Of a stretch of DNA of 64,000 nucleotides, positions 35,652-45,191 are shown in pieces (position 1 is the first letter of the stretch; each line of letters begins with the position of its first letter). The notes beneath the pieces were generated by a model that was not told the DNA's origin, ran no database searches, and was given only the letters and a program-made list of their open reading frames with translations. The DNA is from an uncultured delta proteobacterium (GTDB lineage Bacteria; Myxococcota_A; UBA9160; SMWR01). Position numbers and translations under genes: made by a program. The stretch covers positions 687,655-751,654 of the forward strand of contig CAWHTE010000003.1 in NCBI GenBank assembly GCA_963832165.1. Reading direction: 5' to 3'.

Positions 35652-37277
35652 CTAGCTCCCGTCGCGGCGCAGCAGCAGGACACTCGACGGCGTTCCGCCG
35701 CCCGAGGTGACCACCGCCGTTCTCGCGCCCGCGACTTGACGGTCCCCGGCTTCGCCGCGGAGCTGCGCGATCGCTTCGTAGATGAAGCCGAATCCGTGCG
35801 TGCGGCCCTCGGAGAGCTGGCCGCCGTGCGGATTCACGGGCACGTCGCCGCCGAGCGCGATGCGCCGGCCCTTGTCGAGCCAGTCCATCGCTTCGCCGAA
35901 GCCACAGAAGCCCAGCGCTTCGATCCAGGAGATCGCGTTGAACGTGAAGCCGTCGTACACGAGTGCGACATCGACGTCGGCGGGCCGCAGGCTCGTCCTC
36001 GTCCACACGTGCGCTGCCGGGCCGATCACCTGCGGCTCGTGCGTGAGCGTGTCCTGATCCCACGAAACGCGCTCGGTGATCTGGGTGCCCACGGCCTCGA
36101 CGCGGATCGCGGGCCTGGGCAGGTCGCGCGCGACGGACGCGTCGGACACGATCACGGCGATCGAAGCATCGCAGGGCACGTCGCAGTCGAACAAGCCGAA
36201 CGGGCTCGTGATCGGGCGCGCGGACAGGTAGTCGTCCATCGTCATCGGATCGCGGTAGATCGCCACGGGATTGCGAGCTGCGTTCGCGCGCGCGTTCAGC
36301 GCGATCCATCCGAGCATCTCCCGGGTCGCTCCATAGCGATGCAGATAGTGGTTGGCATTCATCGCGATCCAGTTCGCCGCCGACATCGCGCCGAACGGAG
36401 CGCGCCACTCGAGCAGCGGACCGGATACCCGCCCGCCGCCGCGCGCGAGCCGGAGCGCCGCGAACGTCGACTCCCACACCGTGCGGAAGCAGAGGACGTG
36501 GCGGCAAAACCCACTCGCTACGGCGAGCATCGCCTGGATGAGTGCTCCGCCGGGTCCCGGGAGATCGCCTCCGCCGTTGATCCAGGTCGGGCGCAGCCGC
36601 AGTGCTTCCTCGACCGCGGTTACACCGCCCTCGCTCATGCCCATCCCGACCATGCCGGGATAGGTGGACAATCCGTCGATGTCGTCGAGCGTGAGGCCCG
36701 CGTCGCCGACGGCCTGCATGCACGCATCGACCGCGAGCGACAGCGGATCCACCATGAGCCGGCGCCCGATCGCGGACCGCCCGATGCCCGAGAGCACGAC
36801 GCGATGCTCGAAGCGGTCGCTGCTCACGGGCGGACGCACGGTGGGGCGCTGCGGTTCGGGGATTCGCTGCGTGGTGTCGATCGCGCCGGTCGGCTCGAAC
36901 AGCGGAATCCAGACGTCCTCGTGCTGCTCGAAGCGCACGGTCACTTCCTGGCCGATGCGCACGTCGTCGGGGTCGCAGCCGACGATGTTGGTCGTGAGGC
37001 GGACGGCCGGATCCTCCGCGAGCGCCACGACCGCGATCGCGTAGGGCGGATCGAACGACGGCAGCCACTTGTGGCGGTTGATCGTGAACGCGACGACGGT
37101 GCCGCGGCCCGACACGACCGTCGGCGTCCAACCGCGGCTCCGACACGCGGGGCACACGGGAGTCGGCGGGTGGACTAGCGTCTTGCATTCGTCGCACTCG
37201 CGGATCCGGAGCTGGCCGTCCGCGCCCGAGGTCCAGAACCACTGGTTCATCGGGGTGAGCTCGGGCAGCGGTCGCAC
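35652..37277 (-). CDS. DUF35-thiolase fusion protein
   Basis: N-terminal CDEC...CPAC OB-fold, then thiolase DCDVPCD, YDGFT, NPHGGQLSEGRTHG; GAGGAGG RBS before GTG. Confidence 0.9.
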   Translation of the reverse strand: MRPLPELTPMNQWFWTSGADGQLRIRECDECKTLVHPPTPVCPACRSRGWTPTVVSGRGTVVAFTINRHKWLPSFDPPYAIAVVALAEDPAVRLTTNIVGCDPDDVRIGQEVTVRFEQHEDVWIPLFEPTGAIDTTQRIPEPQRPTVRPPVSSDRFEHRVVLSGIGRSAIGRRLMVDPLSLAVDACMQAVGDAGLTLDDIDGLSTYPGMVGMGMSEGGVTAVEEALRLRPTWINGGGDLPGPGGALIQAMLAVASGFCRHVLCFRTVWESTFAALRLARGGGRVSGPLLEWRAPFGAMSAANWIAMNANHYLHRYGATREMLGWIALNARANAARNPVAIYRDPMTMDDYLSARPITSPFGLFDCDVPCDASIAVIVSDASVARDLPRPAIRVEAVGTQITERVSWDQDTLTHEPQVIGPAAHVWTRTSLRPADVDVALVYDGFTFNAISWIEALGFCGFGEAMDWLDKGRRIALGGDVPVNPHGGQLSEGRTHGFGFIYEAIAQLRGEAGDRQVAGARTAVVTSGGGTPSSVLLLRRDGS

Positions 37278-37332
37278 CGGGTCCTCCTCGGAGCTGCCGA
37301 CGGTTCGAAGCACGTATCTTCTACGAATTTGG

Positions 37333-37373
37333 AAGTGCAATTCTACGCACGCGAGAGTAAGCTTGGCAACCCG
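37333..37373. promoter_or_regulatory. Bidirectional promoter element A, copy 2 (inverted)
   Basis: AAGTGCAATTCTACG-N4-CGAGAGTAAGCTTGGCAACCCG; 37/41 to copy 1. Confidence 0.75.
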
Positions 37374-37385
37374 GAGGGGCGCGAA

Positions 37386-39794
37386 GTGCTCGAGGGGCTG
37401 CGGGTTCTGGATCTCACCGACGAGTCGGGCTGGCTCGCCGGCAAGATCCTCGGCGACATGGGCGCGGATGTGATCAAAGTCGAGCCGCCCGGGGGTGACC
37501 TCGCGGGGCGGCGCGCGCCGTATTGGGGTGGGATCGCCGATCCGGAACGCAGTCTGGCCTGGCTGGCGCTGAACACGAGCAAACGCGGCATCCAGCTCGA
37601 TCTCGCCCGCGAACGCGAGACGTTCTCGGCGCTCGTTCGTCAGAGCGACGTGCTGCTCGAGACTGCTGCGCCCGGCGAGCTCGCGGCGCTCGGACTCGAC
37701 TACTCCGTTCTGTGTCAGGAGAACCCGCGCCTGGTGCACTGCGCGATCACTCCCTTCGGGCAGACGGGGCCGCGCGCGCACTGGCGCGGCGGGGATCTGA
37801 TCGCTGTCGCGATGGGCGGAAATCTCGCGCTGACGGGCGATCCCGACCGCGCGCCCGTGCGCTGCAGCATGCCCGCCGCGTGGTACCACGGCGCGGCCGA
37901 GGCTGCGGCCGGTGTGCTCATGGCGCTCTACGCGCGCGACGACACCGGACGCGGACAGCTCGTCGACGTCTCGCTGCAGGAGACGCAACTGCGCACGGTG
38001 CTCACGATGTTCGGCCAGGTGCGCGGCGGCGCGCCCGCGTGGCGGCGTACCGGACCCATGATGGGCCGCACGCGCGAGATCTGGGCCGCCAAAGACGGCG
38101 ACGTGAGCTTCGGGCTGCGCGGCGGCCCCGCGCGCATCCCCAACCTCAAGGCCACCGTCGCGTACATGGACGAGTGCGGCATGGCACCGCCGTGGCTGCG
38201 CGACTACGACTGGGAAGCGTACGACTACGCGAAGCTCTCCGACGCCGAGATCGCACGGCTCGAGGGAGCGTTCGGCGCGTTCTTCGCGAGCCGCAGCATG
38301 CGCGAGCTGTTCGCACAGGCGCTCGAGCGCCGGATCCTTCTGGCGCCCTGCAACGACGCGCGCGAGATCGTCGAGCACGAGCAGCTTCGCAGCCGTGACC
38401 TCTTCGTCCAGATCGACTACCCGCATCTCGGCGCATCGATCGAGCACCCGGGCTTCTTCGCGAAGGTCCGGAACGGCCGCATCGCGCTGCGCCGCCGCGC
38501 GCCGCGCAGCGGCGAGCACGACGCCGAGGTACGCGCCGAGCTCGGGCGCCCGATGGCTGCGAGCAGCCCCGCGCGCGACGCGGCGGAGCCGCGGCGCGAG
38601 ATCTTCGCGGGCTTGCGCGTGCTCGAGGTCGGCTCGGGCGCGGCGGGGCCCGTCGCGACCAGCTATCTCGCCGAGCACGGCGCGCAGGTGATCCGGATCG
38701 AATCGCGCGAGCGGCCCGACTTCCTTCGCACGCTGAACCCGCACCCCGTGCACGGCCTCGACGGCGTTCCCATGTTCATCCTGCTCAACGGCAACAAGCA
38801 GACCGTCACGCTCAACTTGAAGCATCCCGACGGCCTGCGACTGGCCGAGCAGCTCGTGAAGTGGGCCGACGTGATCTGCGAGAACTACGCGGCCGGCGTG
38901 CTCGAGCGGCTCGGACTCGGTCACGAGCGCGTGCGCGAGCTGAATCCGCGCGCGGTGATGGCCAGCGGTTGCCTGTTCGGCCAGACCGGTCCGCAGCGCA
39001 ACTATCCGGGCTTCGGAGGGCAGGGCTCCGCGATCTCGGGCTTCAACCACCTGACCGGCTGGCCCGACGGAATGGGCTACGGGCCGGCCGGCACGATCAC
39101 CGACTCGTTGGCGCCGCGCTATCTCGCCGCCGCCATCATCGGCGCGCTCTGGCGTCGCCGGCGCACGGGCGAGGGCGAGTCGATCGACTGCTCGCAGATC
39201 GAGACGGCGGTGTACAGCCTCTCGGAGGTGGTTGCGCGCTTCTCCGCCAACGGCGAGGTCCAGGGCCGGAGCGGCAACCACAGCGAGCACTGCGCACCCC
39301 ACTCCGTGTATCCCGCGAGCGGCGAAGATCGCTGGATCGCGATCGCGTGCCCGACGGACGGCGACTGGCAGCGGCTCGTCGCGGAGATGGGAGCGCCCGA
39401 ATGGGCGCGCGACGCGCGTTTTGCGCACGGCGCAGGGCGCCTCGCGCATCAGGCCGAGCTCGACGCGCGGATCTCGGAATGGACGCGCGGTTTCGAGCGC
39501 GTGGCGCTGGCCGAGCGGCTCCAGTCCGCGGGCGTGCAGGCCGCACCGGTACAGGATGCGCGCGACCTGGCGGCGGATCCGCAGCTCGCGCATCGCGAGC
39601 ATTTCGTGTGCCTCGAGCACGCCCATCTCGGCGAGATGTGGTTCGAGCGCTCGGGCATGCGTTTCTCGGAGGGCTCCGGGGGGCTGCACTCGCCGGGACC
39701 CAACCTGGGCGAGCACAATCATGAGATCCTGGGCGGCCTGCTGGGGCTCTCCGACGAGCGCATCGCCGAGCTCGTCGCAGCCCGGGCCGTCTGA
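37386..39794 (+). CDS. Class III CoA-transferase (CaiB/BaiF), tandem double domain
   Basis: Two domains: LEGLRVLDL...GADVIKVEPPGG and FAGLRVLE...GAQVIRIES; ends PNLGEHN. Confidence 0.9.
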   Translation: MLEGLRVLDLTDESGWLAGKILGDMGADVIKVEPPGGDLAGRRAPYWGGIADPERSLAWLALNTSKRGIQLDLARERETFSALVRQSDVLLETAAPGELAALGLDYSVLCQENPRLVHCAITPFGQTGPRAHWRGGDLIAVAMGGNLALTGDPDRAPVRCSMPAAWYHGAAEAAAGVLMALYARDDTGRGQLVDVSLQETQLRTVLTMFGQVRGGAPAWRRTGPMMGRTREIWAAKDGDVSFGLRGGPARIPNLKATVAYMDECGMAPPWLRDYDWEAYDYAKLSDAEIARLEGAFGAFFASRSMRELFAQALERRILLAPCNDAREIVEHEQLRSRDLFVQIDYPHLGASIEHPGFFAKVRNGRIALRRRAPRSGEHDAEVRAELGRPMAASSPARDAAEPRREIFAGLRVLEVGSGAAGPVATSYLAEHGAQVIRIESRERPDFLRTLNPHPVHGLDGVPMFILLNGNKQTVTLNLKHPDGLRLAEQLVKWADVICENYAAGVLERLGLGHERVRELNPRAVMASGCLFGQTGPQRNYPGFGGQGSAISGFNHLTGWPDGMGYGPAGTITDSLAPRYLAAAIIGALWRRRRTGEGESIDCSQIETAVYSLSEVVARFSANGEVQGRSGNHSEHCAPHSVYPASGEDRWIAIACPTDGDWQRLVAEMGAPEWARDARFAHGAGRLAHQAELDARISEWTRGFERVALAERLQSAGVQAAPVQDARDLAADPQLAHREHFVCLEHAHLGEMWFERSGMRFSEGSGGLHSPGPNLGEHNHEILGGLLGLSDERIAELVAARAV

Positions 39795-39821
39795 ACCGAA
39801 TCGACTCGAGGAGAAACCACC

Positions 39822-40915
39822 ATGTCCCTTCCCACTGACCAGATCCTGATCTCGGCCGACGACCACCTCGACATCCACGCGATGCCGGTCGACATGTGGT
39901 CGACGCGCTTGCCGCAGCAGTGGCGCGAGCGCGGCCCGCGTGTCGAGGAGACGCCCGACGGCCCGTACTGGTTCTGCGACGGAGCGCGCATCTCGCCGAG
40001 CGGGCGCAAGGAGAAGGGCTACATCGCCGCGCACGACCACGGCTTCCGGCCCGGTCAGCCCGCGACGCGGCTCGAAGATCTGGATCGCGACGGCGTACAC
40101 GCGACGGTCGTCTACGGGCCGACCTGCACGCAGCTGCGCATGAGCGACGCCGCGCTGCACGAGCAGGTGTCGATGGTCTACAACGACTGGGCAGCGGAGT
40201 TCCAGAAGTTCTCGACCCGACCGGCTGATCCTGCTGCCCGACCTGCCCTCGTACGATCCGCAGGTCGCCAAGAAGGAGCTCTTGCGCTGCGCGAAGCTCG
40301 GCCACAAGGGCGCGATCGTCTCCGATACGGTCGGCCGCGGCGTACCGATCTTCGAGGACGCGTGGGACGCCGTTCTGGGATGCGGCGCAGGAGACGGGGC
40401 TGCCGATCCACGTGCATCTCGCGGGCGGCACGCACAGCGTGAAGATGAAGCTCAACTCGTGGCGCCAGCCCGCGTTCGTCGCGGTGGTGCCGATGCAGCT
40501 CGACGAGACGCTCTCGGGAATGATCTTCTCGGGCGCACTCGAGAAGCGGCCGCGCGTGAAGTTCGTGATGGGCGAGGCCGGACTCGGCTGGATTCCGTAC
40601 GTGGTGGAGCGACTCGACCACGAGCTGCACAAGTACGGCTCGAAGATCGCGGACTACAAGATCTCGTCGCTGCCGAGCGAGATCTTCGCGCGCCAGGTGT
40701 TCACGACGTACGAGGACGAGAAGCTCGGCGTGGAGCTGATCCCGCGCATCGGCGTGGACAACGTGATGTGGGCGTCGGACTATCCGCACGGCGACAGCAC
40801 GTGGCCGCACTCGCGCAAGGCGCTGTCGGAGTCGTCGCTCGCCAAGCACGGACCCGAGGTGTTGCGCAAGGTCACCTGCGAGACCGCCGCGCGCGTGTAC
40901 GGCATCCGGTACTGA
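39822..40915 (+). CDS. Amidohydrolase_2 family protein; +1 frameshifts near 40215 and 40369
   Basis: ISADDH, YNDWAAEF / DRLILLP / PFWDAAQE...GEAGLGWIPY, MWASDYPHGD. Confidence 0.85.
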
Positions 40916-40932
40916 CCGGCACGGGGGCGCGA

Positions 40933-41382
40933 ATGACGACCGAGGCACAACGGATCAGCGACCTCGTCGAGATCCAGGCGCTCTGTGCGCGGTACATGCT
41001 CTATGCGAGTCAGTTCGTGAAGGACCGATGGCTCGACGTGTTCACGCCCGACGTGGAGTACAACGCCTTCGGCACTCCGTACACGATCGAGCGGTTTCCG
41101 GCGCTGCTCGCGGCCGCGCCGCGCGGACAGTTCATCGGGAACATGCCCGTCGTCGATTTCGATGGCGACCAAGCGATGGGCATCCAGCATTTCGTCTTCA
41201 TCGACCAGCAATCGCACGATATGCGTCTGGGCTGGTACCGCGACGAATACGTGCGCACGGCACAGGGCTGGCGAATCCGACGGCGCGCCACCACGTTCAT
41301 GCGCAAGCACGGGGGCTACGACTCCGGGCGACAGCACGATCCGCTAGCCGACATCGCGGAAGAAACCGCGCGTCCGCGCTGA
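40933..41382 (+). CDS. SnoaL-like / NTF2 family protein
   Basis: DLVEIQALCARY...GWYRDEYVRTAQGWRI. Confidence 0.85.
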   Translation: MTTEAQRISDLVEIQALCARYMLYASQFVKDRWLDVFTPDVEYNAFGTPYTIERFPALLAAAPRGQFIGNMPVVDFDGDQAMGIQHFVFIDQQSHDMRLGWYRDEYVRTAQGWRIRRRATTFMRKHGGYDSGRQHDPLADIAEETARPR

Positions 41383-41455
41383 TCGAACCAGGACCCATCC
41401 CATTCCGGTCGTAGAGGAGAGATCCGCTTCCAGGCCCGACCGGCGCTGGCGCGCG

Positions 41456-42463
41456 GTGCGGCGCTCGTGCCTTGCGTGGGGCGGAGCGGCGGCGCTCGTG
41501 ATCGCGTCTTCGACCGCGGCAACCGCCTCGGAGCCGAGCGACGAGTCGCAGCACTGGGTGCCCTCGTTCGGGGTGTTCTTCGATGCGGCCGGACAGAAGC
41601 TCGAGGGCTCGGTCGAGACCGGTCCGGTCCTGGGTCCGCCGCTCACGGAGGGCGGGTGTCTCAACCAGACCTTCGGAAGAACCGGGTCGCTATGCAGTAC
41701 GCAGCGGACGAACCCGACACAGATCCTCTTCCCCGACGATGCGGGAAGCGATACGTCGGTGACCCCGCTCGTCGGGGCGACGCTCGAGCTGATGACTCCG
41801 AGCCTGTTCGACCGATGGCTCCGCCCGCGCCTGTTCGTCCACGGCGACGGAGCCGCCGCGTTCTCGTTCGAGCGCAACGTGGCGGGTGTGGAAGGGCCGG
41901 ACGAGTTCGCGCTGCCTTTTGGAATCAACATCGTGCCCGGCTCGGATCCGGAAGCTCAACGCGTCGAGGAGCTCTCGATCGTGGGTCAGGGGAGCCGCGC
42001 TCGAATCCAGGTGCGGCCCTTCGTGGTGTCCGCGGGCGCCGGGGTGGCTCTCACGCTCCAGGTGTTCGGACGCCAAGTGCGGATCAAGCCGTCGTTCGAG
42101 TACCTGCACCAGGAGCTCGATCTGATCGGGGTGGTGCACCGCGCGGTCAAGCTCGAGGAACCGCTCGTGAGCTCCACGAGTCTCTCGGACTTCCGGCTCA
42201 TCTCGCTGACCCGCGAGGAGCGGGAGAGCTACGACGGAATCGGGCCCGGGCTCGAACTCGAGTTCGACACGGCGCGCCTGGGTCCCTTCCTTTCCAGCGT
42301 CTATCTGATGGGGCGTGGCTATCACATGCTCGGCGACCTCGACACCACGCTCACGCAGACCAACGAGTTCGGTGAGACGGCGACCTGGACATTTCGGCCC
42401 GATCGCTGGGTGTGGCGCGGCGGCGTAGGTTTTCGCTTCCGCTGGCTGCCCGAGCCCGACTGA
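41456..42463 (+). CDS. Exported hypothetical protein, probable outer-membrane beta-barrel
   Basis: Signal peptide; amphipathic strands GATLELMTP, RIKPSFEY, GPGLELEFD, WRGGVGFRFRW. Confidence 0.6.
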   Translation: MRRSCLAWGGAAALVIASSTAATASEPSDESQHWVPSFGVFFDAAGQKLEGSVETGPVLGPPLTEGGCLNQTFGRTGSLCSTQRTNPTQILFPDDAGSDTSVTPLVGATLELMTPSLFDRWLRPRLFVHGDGAAAFSFERNVAGVEGPDEFALPFGINIVPGSDPEAQRVEELSIVGQGSRARIQVRPFVVSAGAGVALTLQVFGRQVRIKPSFEYLHQELDLIGVVHRAVKLEEPLVSSTSLSDFRLISLTREERESYDGIGPGLELEFDTARLGPFLSSVYLMGRGYHMLGDLDTTLTQTNEFGETATWTFRPDRWVWRGGVGFRFRWLPEPD

Positions 42464-42477
42464 AGCGGTATCACCTG

Positions 42478-45171
42478 ATGCGAGCTCCTCCGGATCGCCA
42501 ACGCCTCGCGGAGCGGATCGCCGCCGCCGCGCTGGTCGGGGGCCTCGCCGCGGCATTGCTCGCGAGCGCGGGGTCCGCCGCGGGCGCCGACGAGACTCCG
42601 ATCGAGCTCGCCCAGGCGGCGGAGGAGGAGCCGACCGACGAGCCGAGCGCGACGGCGCCCGACAAAGCGCCGGCGGGTCAGGTGCCGCCCGGTGTCGAAG
42701 TGCTCACGGTGCAGGGCCGCGGCGCAGGTGCGATCGAGGCCGACGTGCCGTCATCGATCACGCAGTTCGACGCGTCCACGATCGAAGCGCTCGGCGCCCA
42801 GGACATCTCCGACCTCTCGCGCGTCACGCCGAACGTCAACATCATCCAGCCCGGTGCGACCCAGGCCACGTTCTTCGTGCGCGGTGTCGGACTCTCGGAC
42901 TTCAGCTCGAATGCGGCCGGCGCCGTCACGATCTTCCAGGACGACATCGCGCTCAACGCGCCGGCGATCCAGACCGGTCAGCTCTTCGACATCGAGGGCG
43001 TCGATGTCCTGCGCGGGCCGCAGGGCTCCGGGGCGTTTCGCAACGCGTCGGCCGGCGCGATTCGCGTGCGCTCGCGTCGCCCGAGCGGAAACTACAACGC
43101 GACGCTGCGCGCGACCCTCGGCCGCTACGAGCCCAAGGGAGAGAAGGGCGCGAACGAGGCGCTGATCCAGGAGTACGAAGGCGCGGTCGAGATGCCGATC
43201 GTCACGGACTGGCTCTCCTCTCGCTTCGCGTTCAACCTGCAGGAGGGGGAGCCCTGGAAGACCAACGGCTGCGGCTTCGCAGACCCGTTCGAGCGGCTGC
43301 CCGGAGTCAGTCAGTGCGGCGAACAAGTCACGCGTAACCGGACGTCCGCGGTTCCGTTCGGACTCCCAAAAGACGTGAACGACGAGCACAACTGGGCCGC
43401 GCGCGGGACGTTCCTCTTCAAGCCGCCCGACGCGGAGGCCGAGTTCTTTCTGAGCCTGCACGGGAGCCGGCTCGATCAGGACTCGGTGCTCGGGCAGGCG
43501 ATCGGCACGGGCCCACTCCGGGGGATCTTCGACGACGCCTTGAAGGTGCCTTTTGGCGGCACGGATGTCGCCAGCTACATCGATCCCGACGTGCAGCGGG
43601 AGTACGACGTGCGGTGCCAGGATCAGGACCCGACCCCCGCTGGCATCAATTGCGCCAATCAGCGTGCCCAGCTGGATCTCGCGAAGAAGCTCGCGGGAGA
43701 TCGCCCGCTCGACGAGCAACCCTACCGCGGCGACTACAACCGCGTCGGCCAGACGACGCGCGACACGTGGGGCGCCTTCTTGTCGGGCGAAGCGGAGGTG
43801 TTCGCTGACACGAAGCTCTTCGCGCTCGTCTCCTACGACGAGTACGAGCGCTTCCAGGACCAGGACAGCGACTTCACGCCGACGAGGCTGTTCGAGACGG
43901 AGCAGGGCGACGACGCATGGCAGACGTACGAGGAGGTGCGGCTCGACGGTGAGCTCGAGGCGGAGCCGATCACGTGGCAGATCGGCGGCTATTACCTGCG
44001 AGAGAAGCTCGACAACGACCAGACGGTATTCATTGGCGTAATACCGACCATCCCCCTCAATACCCGGCGCATCTACCACCAGACGATCGACAGCTGGGCG
44101 ACCTGGGCTCAGTTCGGTTGGGACTTTGCCGACGACTTCACGCTCGAGGGGGGCGTGCGCTGGAACTGGGAGAGCAAGAAGTTCGACTTCCGGAAGATCG
44201 GCGGGAGGCTGTTCACCAGCGACGTCAGCACTCGGGAGGAGGAGACCTGGCAGACGCCGACGGGCCAGATCATCCTGACCTACCACATCGACGCCGAGAA
44301 GGCGGCCTACGCGCGCTACACGCGGGGCTTCAAGGCCGGGCACTTCAATGCGCTCTCGTCCGAGGTGTCGTCCGAGGCGGACTTCCGTATTCCGCCGGCG
44401 GACGAGGAATACAACGACGCCTGGGAAACCGGCCTGCGCGGGGCGTGGCTCGACCGCCGCATCTCGCTGGCGGGCTCGTTCTTCTACTACCGCTACGAGA
44501 ACTACCAGATCTTCCTGTTCACGGACAGCGCAGAGGCGGCCGAGCCGCCGACGCTCGAGATCGTCAACGCGAAGCAGGCCGAGAACTTCGGTGTCGAGAT
44601 CGAAGGCGCGGTGCGACCGCTCGAAGGCTGGGCGCCGCGCCTGCTCTCGGGCCTGCGGCTGTCGGCCAACTTCAGCTGGCTGCACGGCGAGTACCTCAAC
44701 TTCACGACGTTTCGCAAAGTCTCCGATGCTTCGGGTGCCAACATCTTCAACGTTGCGCTCGACTACTCCGGCAAGCAGCTGCAGAACTCGCCGGAGTACA
44801 AGGTGAGTGCCACCGCGGAGTGGACGTTCGACCTCGGGCGGTTCGGCTCCCTGATTCCGCGCTACGACGTCAACTGGAGCGACGACGTGTTCTTCGACCC
44901 CAACGAAGGGCGTGGATCCATCAATCCGCTCGATACGACCCGACCCGCGCTGGTCGAATATGGAGTCGGCCAGAAGGCGTACTTCCTGCACAACGTTCGG
45001 CTCGCGTATCGCTCACCGACCAGCACCTTCGAAGTGGCGGGCTGGGTCCGCAACGTCGAGGACCAGGTGTACAAGAACTACGCGTTCGACGCGTCCCGCT
45101 TTGGGCGGCTCGTGATCAACTTTCCGGGCGAGCCGCGCACGATCGGCGTCGACATGTCTTTCCTGTTCTGA
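42478..45171 (+). CDS. TonB-dependent receptor
   Basis: Plug FFVRGVG, VLRGPQG; barrel LEGGVRW, RGFKAGHFN, LQNSP; ends GEPRTIGVDMSFLF. Confidence 0.92.
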   Translation: MRAPPDRQRLAERIAAAALVGGLAAALLASAGSAAGADETPIELAQAAEEEPTDEPSATAPDKAPAGQVPPGVEVLTVQGRGAGAIEADVPSSITQFDASTIEALGAQDISDLSRVTPNVNIIQPGATQATFFVRGVGLSDFSSNAAGAVTIFQDDIALNAPAIQTGQLFDIEGVDVLRGPQGSGAFRNASAGAIRVRSRRPSGNYNATLRATLGRYEPKGEKGANEALIQEYEGAVEMPIVTDWLSSRFAFNLQEGEPWKTNGCGFADPFERLPGVSQCGEQVTRNRTSAVPFGLPKDVNDEHNWAARGTFLFKPPDAEAEFFLSLHGSRLDQDSVLGQAIGTGPLRGIFDDALKVPFGGTDVASYIDPDVQREYDVRCQDQDPTPAGINCANQRAQLDLAKKLAGDRPLDEQPYRGDYNRVGQTTRDTWGAFLSGEAEVFADTKLFALVSYDEYERFQDQDSDFTPTRLFETEQGDDAWQTYEEVRLDGELEAEPITWQIGGYYLREKLDNDQTVFIGVIPTIPLNTRRIYHQTIDSWATWAQFGWDFADDFTLEGGVRWNWESKKFDFRKIGGRLFTSDVSTREEETWQTPTGQIILTYHIDAEKAAYARYTRGFKAGHFNALSSEVSSEADFRIPPADEEYNDAWETGLRGAWLDRRISLAGSFFYYRYENYQIFLFTDSAEAAEPPTLEIVNAKQAENFGVEIEGAVRPLEGWAPRLLSGLRLSANFSWLHGEYLNFTTFRKVSDASGANIFNVALDYSGKQLQNSPEYKVSATAEWTFDLGRFGSLIPRYDVNWSDDVFFDPNEGRGSINPLDTTRPALVEYGVGQKAYFLHNVRLAYRSPTSTFEVAGWVRNVEDQVYKNYAFDASRFGRLVINFPGEPRTIGVDMSFLF

Positions 45172-45191
45172 GCGAGTGCGCCCGCTTCGAG

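Noticed and set aside
42430..42463. Terminal LPEPD as a PEP-CTERM signal
   Set aside because: No hydrophobic helix or basic tail follows.
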